Source: the human T2T-CHM13v2.0 reference genome, Homo sapiens
Assembly (NCBI RefSeq): GCF_009914755.1
Contig: NC_060935.1
Length of the DNA: 64,000 nucleotides
Strand: one strand, 5' to 3'
The notes beneath the pieces are model-generated. The model was not told where the DNA came from. It worked only from the letters and a program-made list of their open reading frames with translations, and did no database searches. Positions 14,119 to 28,369 of this stretch are shown in pieces; position 1 is the stretch's first letter, and every line of letters starts with the position of its first letter. Position numbers and translations under genes: made by a program.

Positions 14119-14625
14119 TCATGTGCGTTCTCATCACTTCTGTGCATACACTTTCCTGATGCAAGGACCTGACACCACCATCAGGATTCAGGTGGACAGT
14201 GCAGTGGACAGTACATCTTTGCCTCAACTGGGGATTCAAGGCAAGCTGCTATTGTTCTTGACACAGGACCTACCCACAAGGGAACACATCATAATGTGGC
14301 CCCGGAAATGGCAAACCAGCCCCCAATAGTTCAGTTGTTCCCCTCCATGGGGGAAGGACCTAGAACAGGATATACAGGTCACACCTATTTTACACACTGC
14401 TCCCCCTTGTAATTCTAAAATAATGAATCTTGGTTTTCCCTGTGCAATGGGACTATCATCCTCTCATTATGGACAATTACGTTACCCCCATTGTCTTACT
14501 CTGGCCTCCCACAAAACACCACTGTGGGTGGCCAGTACATTCAGTATTGTAAACCAGGCAGCAGACCATTGCCAGAGTGGTGCTCTCTCAGAATGACACA
14601 ACTTCCTGTGTCTTGTTAAATCCCC

Positions 14626-14960
14626 ATGACTTGTCCTTTCTTGTACCTACTAAGTATCTCACCTTCTGCCCATAGATGGTGCGCAGCAAACCACTTTGCC
14701 GACTGGGAGCAGATGGTGGCCTCTCTGTCAAATGAAACAGGCTGTTGGGACTCTCAAGAGCTGCCCCTCTCCTCCTCTGCTACCATGGCCCTTCTGTGGT
14801 GCATCCACGCAGCTAACTTGAGTACCTGGAGCCATTTCAGTCTTACAAATTACCCTTATTATTTTTTTGATGTTGTGATTAGTATGTCCACAGTGCTCTT
14901 CCATATACCTGGCCCCAGGGAAATCATGGAAGAATGGCATGATAAGAATGTGGGGGCCAT
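14626..14960 (+). pseudogene. Internally deleted env-like remnant
   Basis: The ATG overlaps the pol end. NHFADWEQMVASLSNETGCWDSQELPLS..LLWCIHAANLSTW resembles the N-terminus of a gamma-type SU with a decayed CWxC motif. Confidence 0.55.
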
Positions 14961-14973
14961 TCAAAGGTGTGCT

Positions 14974-14982
14974 GGGGTGGAG
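14974..14982 (+). promoter_or_regulatory. Polypurine tract
   Basis: GGGGTGGAG lies immediately 5' of the 3' LTR TG. Confidence 0.7.
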
Positions 14983-15459
14983 TGTATGGCAGATGTACCT
15001 GACAGCAATAGCTTAACTAAGCACACCCTGAGAATGACCCTGTGTGGCAGACACACTCCAGTGTGTGTTTGGAGTTCCAAGCTAAGGAATCCAGGAGTAG
15101 CCAACCTGGAAATTTGTTCCTTGTCTATGAGGAACATCTGAGCAGCCTTGTCCATTCTTGTTGAATGCGGGCTGTACAGGGGATTGAGGCCCTGTGTTTG
15201 GGGTTAAATGAAAGTTGCCAGGTAGAAGTTGTCAGGGGGAGTGTGCTAAGTGAAAATGCTATATAAACTGCACGCTTTTTGCAAGCAGTTACAGTTCTCC
15301 TGCCCAGCCTGCTGCCACTGGACTCTCCCTGTGTGTGTTTCCTCCAAATAAAACTCTGTTTCATTTGCTACCTTCAGATCTTTTTCTTTTTTTTTTTTTT
15401 TTTTTGCTTCTTGAACCTGGTACCATCCCTGTTGACATTAATAGGAGTTTGGCACGACA
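14983..15459 (+). mobile_element. 3' LTR (LTR47-like)
   Basis: TGTATGGCAGA..GCTATATAAA..AATAAA..GGCACGACA. Homologous to the 5' LTR and contains an expanded poly-T. Confidence 0.9.
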
Positions 15460-17229
15460 AGCGTATGCAGTGTGCATGCACTGTGGGTCACATATCTCTT
15501 CTTCAGTATGACCTTGGCCTTTCGCACTCTAACATGCCTGGTTACTGTCTGCAACTCTCTTGTCCTTGCTTCTATGCAGCATTTTAATAGAATGACTGTC
15601 ACTCATATCATAGAAACAGCCTCTGAGTTATTCACATATTGATTATTGACTCTCTGCCCACATTCCCAGTCTTTGGAGAAATAGACTTATTAAGATGAAC
15701 CTGAGGAATACTAACTTCTTATTCTGACTATAAGATGGGCATTGCCCTATTGTTTTACTTATTGTTACCCGTTTTAATCCTCCTAACAATCTCCAGGGTC
15801 AGGCACTCTAATGGGTCAGGCCCCATTTTATAGATAAGGCAGTAGACACAGAGGTTAAGAAATTTGCAGAAGGTTGCTCCACCAGGTGTAACTCCACCAT
15901 GTGTAACCTGATTCCAGGTGGTAGAATCAGGAAGCAAGGATGCCATTCAGGGCCAAATGTTCTAAGCCTCACATCTCTATCTCTGCTTCATCACATTTGT
16001 AAGTTGAATGACTGCTTGAGTAGGTTTTTATTCAGCAATCCCTTTACTTAATCCCCATTTTATAAATTAAGCAATTAAAGATAAGAGGAGTCAAATAGGA
16101 AATGGAAGGTTGGAGTTGGAAGTTGAATTTAGGTTTAATTGTCTGCAAAATCCTTCAGGCTGCACCAGTCAGGGAACCTTGGATCTAAAGGATATTCATT
16201 CAATAGCTTTAAAAAGACATAAATTACTTAATTCTTCCATTTAATATGGGAAGACTGGACAGGTTCTAAATGATGGTCTTTGGCCTAGACACCCTTCCCT
16301 TTTTCCTCTGTGAAAGCTCTTGGTTACAGAGGAAACAAATGAAATTGGGACAGGAATGATTATATGAGGGAAGTATTGATTTTTTTTTTCATATCGTTAC
16401 TGGTGGCAGTGTTTAGTGGATGTGAGAGATTTTTCACTCAGATCTGGGTTTGAATCCAGCTTTTTAACTTCTTCAACCTCTTTGATCCTAAGTTTTCTTA
16501 TCTATTAAATTATCACATAGGATTGCTGTGGGAATTGGATAAGGTAATGCATGCAGAATAATTAGCACAGAATTTGCAATGAAGAGAGGGCTCAACACAC
16601 CATAGCTATAATGAGAACTAGGCTTTACCTGATTTGGGCTGAGAGGTGTGATTTTCCTGCAATAGGAGAGGCTGCACAGCAGGATTAGATTCTGTTTGAT
16701 TCATTGCCACGAAGCTGGTATTCTTTGGCCCTAACTGTTCATTAATCCAAAAGGGGGCCATGAGTACTCATGGGCTTATCTAAAATATATTGTTATTGAC
16801 TCCTCCTAAATGTGTTTGTTTCCTTTGACTTTGTTTTCTTCCCCTTCTTATCTTTCCCTCTCTCTCAGGTAAAATACGCAGACAATTTTAACTCGGCTCA
16901 GGCCAGACATGCGGAAAATGGGAGGGGGGAGAAAAGCATATAGCTGGAATGACAAATAAGTGGAAAAGAACAACAAAGAGACATGATTATTTCTTTTTTG
17001 ATTTTTTTGAACCATAGTTTCAGAAACATCTCAATAAAAATTCAAAATCTGCAAGCTGCAAATTAGGGGAAAGAAACTATGTATCACAATCCCACTATTC
17101 TAATGTATTGTAGCCAATTACCTTCCCATATTTTCCCCTATGCACTTTTAAAAAATGTAGATGTAAGACGGAGGAGACACGTTTTTGTATTTCTTCTTTT
17201 AACATGTTGCTAGAATAAAAATAGATATA

Positions 17230-17720
17230 CTAAAGCTACAAAAAGATATGAAGGAAACTTAAATACATATTGCTAAGTGAAAGAAGCCAGTCTGAAAAGG
17301 CTATATACTGTATGATTCCAACTATATGACATTCTGGGAAAAGCAAAAATGTTGGAGACAATAAAACGATCAGTGATTGCCTGGGGCTCAGGGGTAGGAA
17401 AAGAGGGACAAATAGTTGGAGCACAGAGAATTTTCAGGGCAGTGAAAGTATCCTGTGTGATCCTTTAATGATGGATACATGACATTATGCAACTGTCAAA
17501 ACCCATATAACTGTATAACCCAAAGAGTGAACCGTAATGTAAATTGTGGACTTTGGTTAGTAATAATGTGTCAGTATTGGTTCATATACTGTATACACAT
17601 ACTACACTAAAGCAGATGTTAATGGGGAAACTGCATTGGGGAAAGGTTGTATATGAGAATTTTCTGTACCGTCTGCTCAATATTTCTGTAAACCTAAAAC
17701 TACTCTAAAAGTAAAAACTA
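17230..17720 (+). mobile_element. L1MC1/2-like 3' end
   Basis: 'ggaaacttaaatacatattgctaagtgaaagaagccagtctgaaaaggcta..ctgtaaacctaaaactactctaaaa'. Flanking repeat taaaa(a)tagatata is a probable TSD. Confidence 0.75.
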
Positions 17721-20700
17721 TAAAATAGATATATTAGAATTTAAAATTTTGAACATCTGTTGTGCCCTTCAAAATAGTCTCTTCAGAATGTTATGTGCTT
17801 GTTTTAGAGATACTGTCTTTGCTAAAAACATGTTGTAAGTCCTCTTTAAAAAATGTCTACAGAGATTACATGGAGGAACAAGATGGAGATAACATTTAAA
17901 ATTACATTTGTATGATCGTGGAAAGCCTGGGAGGAAATAAGACACATTTTCTCAGGTGACTTGTAAATTGGATTTGAAGTTTTTCTTTAAAGAAGCAAGT
18001 ATTGAACAAGCACTTCCTGGTGGGAATATTTATACAGACTCCCAAGAGACCTTTTTGCAAGAGAACAGTGCTCCTGGAGATGCAAGAGGTCTTGTAGAAG
18101 AGGAAAAAAATGAAAGCACCATATTCATGTCTACTATTTTTTTTCCTTCACAGAGCCATGGACATTGGCAACAAGTGACTACCAGGTCACAGTGAAGCAC
18201 AGACTTTTGGTCAAATTCTAGTTCTACCATTTACCACCTGTAAAATCTTGGGCAAGTCTGAACCCTAGTTTGTTTCTCCCTAAAATGGGGAGAATACAAT
18301 ATTATCTTGGAGAATTTACATGGGAATTAATACAGGGAATGTAGATTTATGTGTCTAGAACATACCACCCAATACAGCTGAAACATAGTAAAAATTACTA
18401 CTAATTATATTGTTACAATTAGAAGAGCACGTAATTTTAGTATTATCTTTTGAGGTTAGTATTAAAAAACTATGGTTAAGCTTGTAAAGAGAGCAACGCT
18501 TTGTAGCAAAAAAATGTGCATATCCATAAGGTATCACCTCATTGGCATATATAGACATTGGCCTATACATGTTATCCCTATTATTTTTTAACCTGTTTTC
18601 TTTTTCATAACAGTTAAGGTACAAAATTTATAACCTACTTTAAAAAATTCAAGCTTACATAAGATTATCTCTATAATAATGTCACTTTCACTTAACTAGC
18701 ATTTTGATAGACTTTCTCCAGTGGGAGAAAAACTTGTACATTTTAGCCAGTGCGTTGGGAATTGCCCACAGCCTGCAGCCTGTCTTAGGAATGCTGAAAT
18801 CTGTAACCTGGTACAGCCATGGATGTGCTATGTGAATGTGATTTGTCAACTGTTTTGAGGTGAAGAAAAAGACTGAGAATTTCTGTCTTGGCTTAATCTG
18901 CATTCCAGCTTGTTACTCTTATTACCCTTCCAAGGAAGACTCTGCTGCTACTGTAATTCCTAGGGGCAGCAGTTGGACTCCAATTTGTTTTCCCAGAGAG
19001 TATAATTTTGCCTTAATATACATCTTTAAGCAAATGTTAATACATCAAAGAGTACTGATGAAATATTCTGCTAATCGTTGAAACTCTTGGTTGGTATTTT
19101 AGAAATAATAGAAAAAAATACCCAAATAAAACTTAGGAGAAGATATAATTAATTTTAGTAACAATATAATGCCAATGCTGGGCCTGGCTCTTACAACCAA
19201 CCATCAAGTTAATTTAATTCCTCAAACCCCATTTCTCCAACAAAATGTTGTTTAAATCAATTCATTCTTTCATTAGCTGCCTAAGAGCGCCATGGAGTGA
19301 TGAGAAATTACAGAGATGGCATTCATGTTTCAAAAGCCCCTCAGTTTCACTTCATTTTCTGTCCTGACATGGGGGTAATGTTCTGCATTTGCATGCTAAA
19401 ATAGTATTTTTAATTGTAAAAGTGTGTTGCTAAATTACCTTCAAATGAGTTTATTTTAAACGGTTCATTAAAGTTTTTGAAATCATTCCCTGCATGATTG
19501 CATCTCTTCTCCACTTTGATGTATTACATCTCTCACCAAAAATGCTGGCACTGAGAGAAAAATCTTTTCTTGCAAGACTCACATCTCCCAATCTGGCCAG
19601 TTTTGAAGTAAAAGCAGCAAAAGCCTCATGCTATTGCAGAATGACTGAGGGCATCTTCTCTGGCACCTCAGCTGAGAGACTAGGGTGAGGGGTGAAGGCA
19701 GGTGACTGTGTTGGGCAATAATGAAAGGTCAAAGCCACAGAGGTTTCAAAAGGCTATGTCAATTCGGAAGATGAAAAGCAGCCTCCCCTAGATAGCTAGT
19801 TTGGTTCTGAGATTTAAATACATCTCACAGACTGTATGTGTTTGCTTTCATTTTAACTTTTCTTCCCTGATACCACCTTTCCTCTTCATTATTTCTCTTC
19901 TTTTGGTATCATCCAAACAATTCACCTCCACATTAATTCTCCTGCTGGTACTCAAACTTTTTTTTTTACATCTTAAGCCTTATCAGTCCCTTTAAGATTT
20001 TTTTTGAAGCAAATAGCCTGGTTTTTCATAGATTGTCATATGTATGTTTATGAGAGTTTTAAAATCTTACTATTTATTTACAGCAGGTTTAGGGGAATAT
20101 GAAGTTGTAATATACTGATGGAGTAAATTTGATTGTGATTCCTTAGTTATTGTCATGAAAACCTAATTTCCCATCCAGACCCACTACTTTCTCGAGTAGT
20201 AAAATCCTCCATCAAAAACTACTGAGCAAGAAGGCTTTACCCTATGGGGAAGACAATGAGGAGAGGAAGTGAAGAAAACCAGCTGTATTATATGCCGTAG
20301 TATATAATGTTGACATTTTGCAGCTTATTGATCAGTGGATGGTTCTGAAAGTATCTGTTGCCATCTTTGCTTGTCAAATAAAATCCAAACTTTACTTAAT
20401 GACCCTAACCATACTAACCTTGAGTAAAAGCAGAACTTCCATTTCTGTTTGGGCAGAAATCCAGCTTTTCACCCTTAACATCTGCTATTGAAAGTGCTAG
20501 CTATCTTTCTGGTGATCTGTAAGGCACCATAATACTATTTGTGTTAACAATTTGTTTTGAAACTTTTTGCACGATGGTAATAACACAATATGCATTTACC
20601 GGAGCCAATGTGAAAAACAGAGCTCCTGTTTCTTCAAGTTAACCACCGATTCCTAGACCTTGATTTTTAGTCTTTGGTCTACATTAACTTTTTTTTCTCA

Positions 20701-21681
20701 AACTTTCAGCACTCCCAATGCATCATCAGGCATTTATTGAGTACCTGTTATGTGCAAGGCATTGTAATAGGAACTACGAGGAATACGAAATAATAAAAGT
20801 GGAGAGGAAATGAAAGCTAATGACCATTTTCTTTATTTCAATTACTGTACTATATGACTTTACATGCATTATCTTGTGATAGCCTTGCAGGATATAATCA
20901 TCTTTATTTTACAGATAAGGAAGAGATATGATCATCTTTATTTTAAAAATAAAAAGCCTACAGCTTCCAATTGTAATACTAAAGGAATTTATAATCCAAT
21001 GGAGAAATAAGATACATAAAATAAAAATATGAAGTGCTACATAATGAATATCAGATGAGTATTTCCATCATAACTACTATAGTTGTTGAGAAGAGAAGGT
21101 CATTAATTTGGGTTGAGCTAATTAGGAAAGCTTGACACTATGATGAGGTAGCGGTCAAGAATCCACTCATTCTAGAATCATTTTTGAAGTGCCTGCCATA
21201 GTATTTTTCTAGGAAAGCATAGTCTGGGGATAAGAACTGACATGTGAATAAGCAAGTACAGTTACTTTAAAATTTGCTTTAATGTAGGCATAGACAAAGA
21301 AGTCTGGGAGTACCAAAGAGAGAATAACTATATAACTTGGTTTGAGTTTTAAATGGAAACAGAAATTTTATAAACATAAAGTATTGACATAGCTCTTTGA
21401 GGTTCACAACGTATTTGGGTAGTTTTTACATTTTACTTATGTTAGTAATTTTATTTACCTTATAGAATTGACAAAGAAATAGAACAACTTACTTTTTTAA
21501 TGATTCTCCTCCTATAGGTCTTGCTTTCACTCTCACATTGGGTAGAAACAATCTATTTCATTTCCTGAGACTCAGGGCAGTTGATTTTACAAATTTCTGG
21601 CTAATAAGATCATTATACTCAAGATTTCAAATTCACATCCACATTAATTCTCCTATTGGTTTTTTTATGTAGATGTTTTTA

Positions 21682-21716
21682 ACACACACACACACACACA
21701 CACACACCCCCACACA
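21682..21716 (+). repeat. (CA)n microsatellite
   Basis: Direct reading of the sequence. Confidence 0.95.
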
Positions 21717-22827
21717 AATAAAGGCTGAAATTGACTGATATTTGAGTTTTGATTTAGAAGCTGAATTTCTTGGCTGTTGGGTGGTGAAAACTTGGGGTGC
21801 TTAATTAAAAGTATGGTACAAAGGGTTCCACTGCTTTATGAGAAGTGAAGTCTTCTACTGAAATTATTCATTGAATGACATAGTAAATCACACCAATAAA
21901 TAATCTGTTCTGGACAGTTCAGTATTTTGTTACTGACCAGGGACTTTATTGAGGAAAGTATTATGTTTTCTATGAAATTAAGGGTTAAGAATTTTCTTTG
22001 AATATTTCTAATTTTCTGAAAAACTTGTTGATAGCAATACCAAATAGAAGTTTGGCCACATCCTTTAGGCATCTATACATCTTCACTTGTATATTTTGGA
22101 ATGACACTATAGCACTGATTTATAAACTAGAAAATCTAGACATTTGCTTGGGACTTGCAAGTCTCTTACTCTGTGATCTTGGGCAATCACAGAAGACTTA
22201 AGGCCTCAGTTTCTTCATTGGCAAAGTGGAGTAATACTGTTAACCCTGCTTGCCTCTTAGGGTATCTCTGAGGCTCAAATGAATTCCTATGTACTTGAAA
22301 ATTCGAATGCATTTTGCAAACATAAAATATTTTTTGTTGTATACTCATTATCATGGACTTGTCTTGTTCCTTGATTTATTCATCTTTAGGGGTATTTCCT
22401 AATATGTAAAAAGAAAAATCCCTTTCTAATAAAAGGAATCAGAACTCCATGGAGAAGTGCTCCAAGCGTTGATTCTAGGACTGTGCAAGAAACATACGAG
22501 ATCAACCTAGAGTATCTTGCGGGGCCAGAAGATAAAACAAAAACAAAAAACAAACAAACAAACAAAAGAACTCAAACAAAGAAACAATAAACCGAAAATC
22601 AACAGCCACCCCACAATGATGGCAGTATGTCAAAGAGACATGGGAGCCAATTGAATATTGCATTATAAATCAAAGAATAAAATAAATATCCATCAGTCTA
22701 CACTGACATAAATAAATGATAAAATAAATTGGGTAGAGAATAGACAAACTTCTCATGTAGAAGAATTTAAAATAACTTATGCAGCTATTTTGCCTTTAAG
22801 GAGGTGGACAATAATTCCCCTATCCTT

Positions 22828-24044
<1,217 letters not shown>

Positions 24045-27000
24045 TAAGCGTGGGCTGCCTGCAATAACTTTCTTCTGAAGAGTGTAGTGTGTAAAGGGGG
24101 AAAAAGGAGTAACCTTTCAGTGGAGGAACCTGACAAACACTACCTCAAGCCAGGTAATCCAGGATAACATCTTATTGGTAATATGTGGTCTTAATATGAT
24201 GTGACAGAGAATGATACTTCATCTCTGTGGTCTTCCTCCCAAAACACATTAACTGACTCTGATTATGAGAAAAAAAAATAGACAAATCCCAGCTGAGGAA
24301 CAGCCTATAAAATACTTAACTAGTACTCCTTAAAACTCTCAAGGTCATAAAAAAGTCTGAGGAATTGTCACAGTGAGGAGGAGTCTTGGGAGACATGACA
24401 ACTTAATGTAATATGATTTCTTATGTGAGATCCTAGAAGAGAAAAATGACATTGGGGAAAAGCTGAAGAAATCTGAAAAACATATGGACTTCATTTAATA
24501 ATAATATATCAATATTGGTTCATTGTTTATGAAAGTGTACAATACTAATGTAAGATGTTAATAATATGGAGAACTGAGTATAGGGTATATGGCAACCCTC
24601 TCACTATATTTGCAATAATTCTGTAAATCTAAAACATTTCTCAAATAAAAAAGTAAATTCCGAGGACTCTTTGGAAAGTGTTTAAAATATTTGGATGGAG
24701 AAACTTGTATAATAATTAAAAGGGAGATTTCTTCCACTTTCAATAAGTTTGTTTTCTTTCAAGCCCAGTGAATTATTTCTTATTGCTGAAATACACATTT
24801 TAAGTAGTGAATTATTACTAATAAAATGTTCAATGGAACAACATTTAAATATAAGATGAGACATTGATTTTCATCAGGAATTATATCTATTTTAGAAGAG
24901 AATGAAGAAAAAATTAATCATTACAAGATACATATTCTTTTTAGTTATGCATAGTGTTGCTATTATTCTTGGATTTAACACTTATAAATAGATAAGTTTT
25001 GCCACATTAACAAAAGAATAGAAAAACCATGTATCCCTATATTTTATTTTTCTGGCTTTGCTGGTTCTCACTCTCATCCGAGATTTCCAAGATTTTTGAA
25101 CATTCCAAAAACCTTTCTCTCTAGCATTCATGTTTTGTACAACAAAGAATCCTAGCCTTTTCAGTTATCTCCTTTGTAGAAGCTCCATCATCTCCTTATT
25201 CATTGTGCAAATTAAAGCCTGCAGTAAAAACAATGTTCAGTAACTTCAAAGCAATGAGCATGTACTGGATTTCTCGTTCTTTTTCCCTTATGCAATCTGA
25301 TTGCTTTGCCTGAAATTTAGCTAACAATGATTCAGAGATGCATTTTGAATCCAGAATCCATTCCCTGCACCAAATCTGCGACACTGGAGAGGGAACCAGC
25401 AGAGAAAGTTGCTGAGAGGAGTTGGTTACATGACCTAGATCTCATGCCAACTTCCACAGAATTGCTGCTGTGAACTCAAGTATCCAACATGAATTGATAA
25501 AACAGTCCCAGGAGATCAAGAGCCTCTCAGTCCTATCAGAATTCAATGGTACTTAGTTATATATCTAATTCACCATAGAAACTCACTAATTACCTTGATG
25601 GTTTGAGAAGAAGGTGAATTTTACATTTTTGTTATCAGTGAACTCTTGGGAGAAGTGAGAATGCCATGAAAACATGAGTAGATACGTGATTGATGTACTC
25701 ATACAACTGAGATTGGCCAGAGTAAGATGGGTTACAAAATCCTTTGAAATATAATTTCTTGTCTTGGATTTTGGCTCTGGCAGGGCCAAAAAATGGAAGT
25801 GGCTCAGTGTAGAGCTACCTTGCAAAATACTGAACCTTTCTTGAGAGGCTGTTTTCTTACCTGACTCTAGCTATTAAGTGTACAAAAATAGTGGTGTACA
25901 ATAAAGTACTTAATCTTAGTGAAGTGACATGCTTGGGTTTGAATGGAGAGCTTCCTTCTAATTTGTCTGAAGAGAAATATTCAAATCCGCTTTCATTCAA
26001 CCAGGTTAATCCCTGGATGAATTTATACAGTGACAATTCACGTCTGTGCTGTTTTAAAGCCAGTCTTCTACAGGGTGGCGTGCATTTTAACACAGAAAGA
26101 ATCGATGCCTGCAATTGATATTTGGGTTCCCAGGTCACTGCGAGAACAATCATGCATTGGTCTGAGCCAAGAAAATCCTCCACTGGGTCATATTATTGCA
26201 GGCACACCAGATGCAGGCTAACTTCTCATTCTTTTGATTACTCTAACAAGAAAACTATTTTACAGGTGGTTGTTTCTGGGGTGGCCAATAATTATTCCTT
26301 GTTTGCATTGGCTATTTTATCTAAGCCTAGCTGCTTAGATAAATTATTCTGAAGTTTCCCGAATATTCCTACCTTCTGACCTGCCTGCTGGGATTGTTCC
26401 TGGTAATTTGGATTGGTTTGAAGTATCTTTGGAGAAAAAGATCCCACGTCTTTTTGTTAACATTTTTGACTATTTTTTACCAAATGAGGAAAGGGTTGGC
26501 ATCTGTTAGGAGAGGCCTCAAGGACATGCCCAATGTGGGTCAACTATGATCAGGGTCTGTTTTTAATTGAGAGTCTGGAGCCTGTAAAGCAGTTGGTTGG
26601 GGGTAGAGTCAGAGTATGTTGAATCGTGAGTCACTGGGAACAGGATCATAAGAACATGGACAATGAGAGGAACATAGTCTATGGAACAGAAAGCAAAACA
26701 ATAATTTAACAACAGAAAGCAAGACTAGGCAGGGGTCCAGCCAAGTTCTAATCAGAGAACAGAACGGGGACATGTAGGTGATTCTGCCAAACCAGTGGCA
26801 ACCAGGGTTAGATTTGCAAGCTCTGAACCAGGGCTCTTGACTCTACCACTTTTAATTAGTTCTGTGTCTCTTTGTTGAAATATTAATATCTGTTTGATGT
26901 TTTCCTAAATTCTTACATTTAACCTTCAAAACAACCCTTTGCATTTGTGCTATAATTGTCCTCATTTTACATAATAGAAATACTTAGGCTCAGATAATTT

Positions 27001-27220
27001 AAGTAAGCTGCCCAAAGTCACACAGCTAAAAATAGGCTGGGCTAATTTTATGGTTCAAGGGAGAGAGTGGGAAGGAGGAAAGAAATTGCAATTATGAGAT
27101 TGCAACTTAAATGGGCAAAACTTTGCTCCCCCTGTACCCTTTCCTTGGGAAACAGCAGTAGAAATCTTGTAGTTGAAGGGTGTATCAGAGTTTTCATTAA
27201 GGAGCATTATAAATACACTA

Positions 27221-27757
27221 TATGGCAGGCAGAATTTTTCTGCCCTCTGGTATTATCTCTGTGAATGTTTTGCTACATAGCCCAAGGAACTCTACAGATG
27301 CAGTTAAGATTACTAATCAATTGACCTTAAAATAGGAGTGTAGTTGGGGCTATCCAGGTGAGCCAAATGTAATCACAAGCTCTTAAAAGCAGAGATCTTT
27401 CTCAGGATTGTAGCAAAAGGGGAAGTTAGAGAATTGAAATATGATACAAATTTGACCTAGTATTCTTGAAAGTGAAGAGAGTCATGTGGCAAGGAAAGGT
27501 GGTATTCCATTTTACAAAGGCAAATAACTGAATTCTGTCAAAAATCAGAATGAACGTGGAAGCAGAATCTTCCTAAGAGCTTCCAGATGAAAGCCCAGTC
27601 TAGCGGGCACCTTGATATCAAGCTGGCGAGGTCTTGAACAGTGGACCCAGCTGAACCAGGCTGCACCCAGACTTCCGATCCAAAGAACTCTGAGATCATA
27701 AACAGGTATTGTTTAAAACCATTAAGTTTTGGTAATTTGTTAACACAGTAACTCACA
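27221..27757 (+). mobile_element. MLT1E-like MaLR LTR
   Basis: 'tggcaggcagaatt..gttactaatc..ttgaccttaaaatagg..aactctgagatcataaac..tgttttaa..ggtaatttgtta'. Confidence 0.65.
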
Positions 27758-27900
27758 GATGAACTCAACAAGTAGCAGTAACACAGATGAACTCAACAAG
27801 GCCCCAGGAGCTTGTGCAATCTGGCTCTTGCCTGTCTCTTCACCTCTATTCACAACCACCTTTCTCACTGCCAAACTCATTATTTTCCAGCAACATTGAC

Positions 27901-28369
27901 TGTAGTGTGTTGAACTGTGGTCTCCAAAAAGATATGACCCTGTACTAGCCACTGGTACTTGAAAATATGATCTTATTTGGGAAAATGGTCTTTCTAAATG
28001 TAATTAAGGATCTCGAGATGAGATTATTTTGGAATAACCAGAAAGGCCCTAAATCTAATGACAAATATCCTTGTAAGAGGCAGAAGAAGATACAGAGAGA
28101 AAAGGGGAAGGCATAGAGAAAAGAGAGCCTCATGTGAAGATGGTGGTAAAGATTAGAGTTACACAGCCCCTAGCAGAGAAATACTTGGAACCCATAGAAG
28201 CAGGAATAGGTAAAGAGGTATTCCTCCCTCTAGCCTCCCAAGGGAGTACGGCCCTGCTGCCAGCTTGATTTAGGACTTCTAGCTTTCAGAATGTGAGAGA
28301 ATAAATTCAGTTGTTGTAAGCTGTGAAGATTGTGGTGATTCGTTATGGCATTACTGGAAAACGAATATA
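27901..28369 (+). mobile_element. MLT1C-like MaLR solo LTR inserted in an L2 fragment
   Basis: About 470 bp, tgtagtgtgttgaa..aatata. 5-bp TSD ttgac / ctgac. L2-like sequence on both flanks, to about 28770. Confidence 0.75.

Larger units (their letters stand above)
9762..15459 (+). mobile_element. Two-LTR class III endogenous retrovirus (LTR47 / ERVL47-like provirus), decayed
   Basis: Two homologous LTRs with TG..CA ends. 5-bp TSD agcat (9757-9761) / agcgt (15460-15464). PBS, PPT, and gag-pro-pol-env-like remnants in canonical order. Confidence 0.9.

Noticed and set aside
16835-16875. Strong polypyrimidine tract with AG (..ctctctcag)
   Set aside because: No convincing downstream donor or coding frame.
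25857-26352. Overlapping 60-108 aa ORFs in unique sequence
   Set aside because: No recognisable domain or exon structure. It may be non-coding conserved DNA, but I cannot assess conservation.
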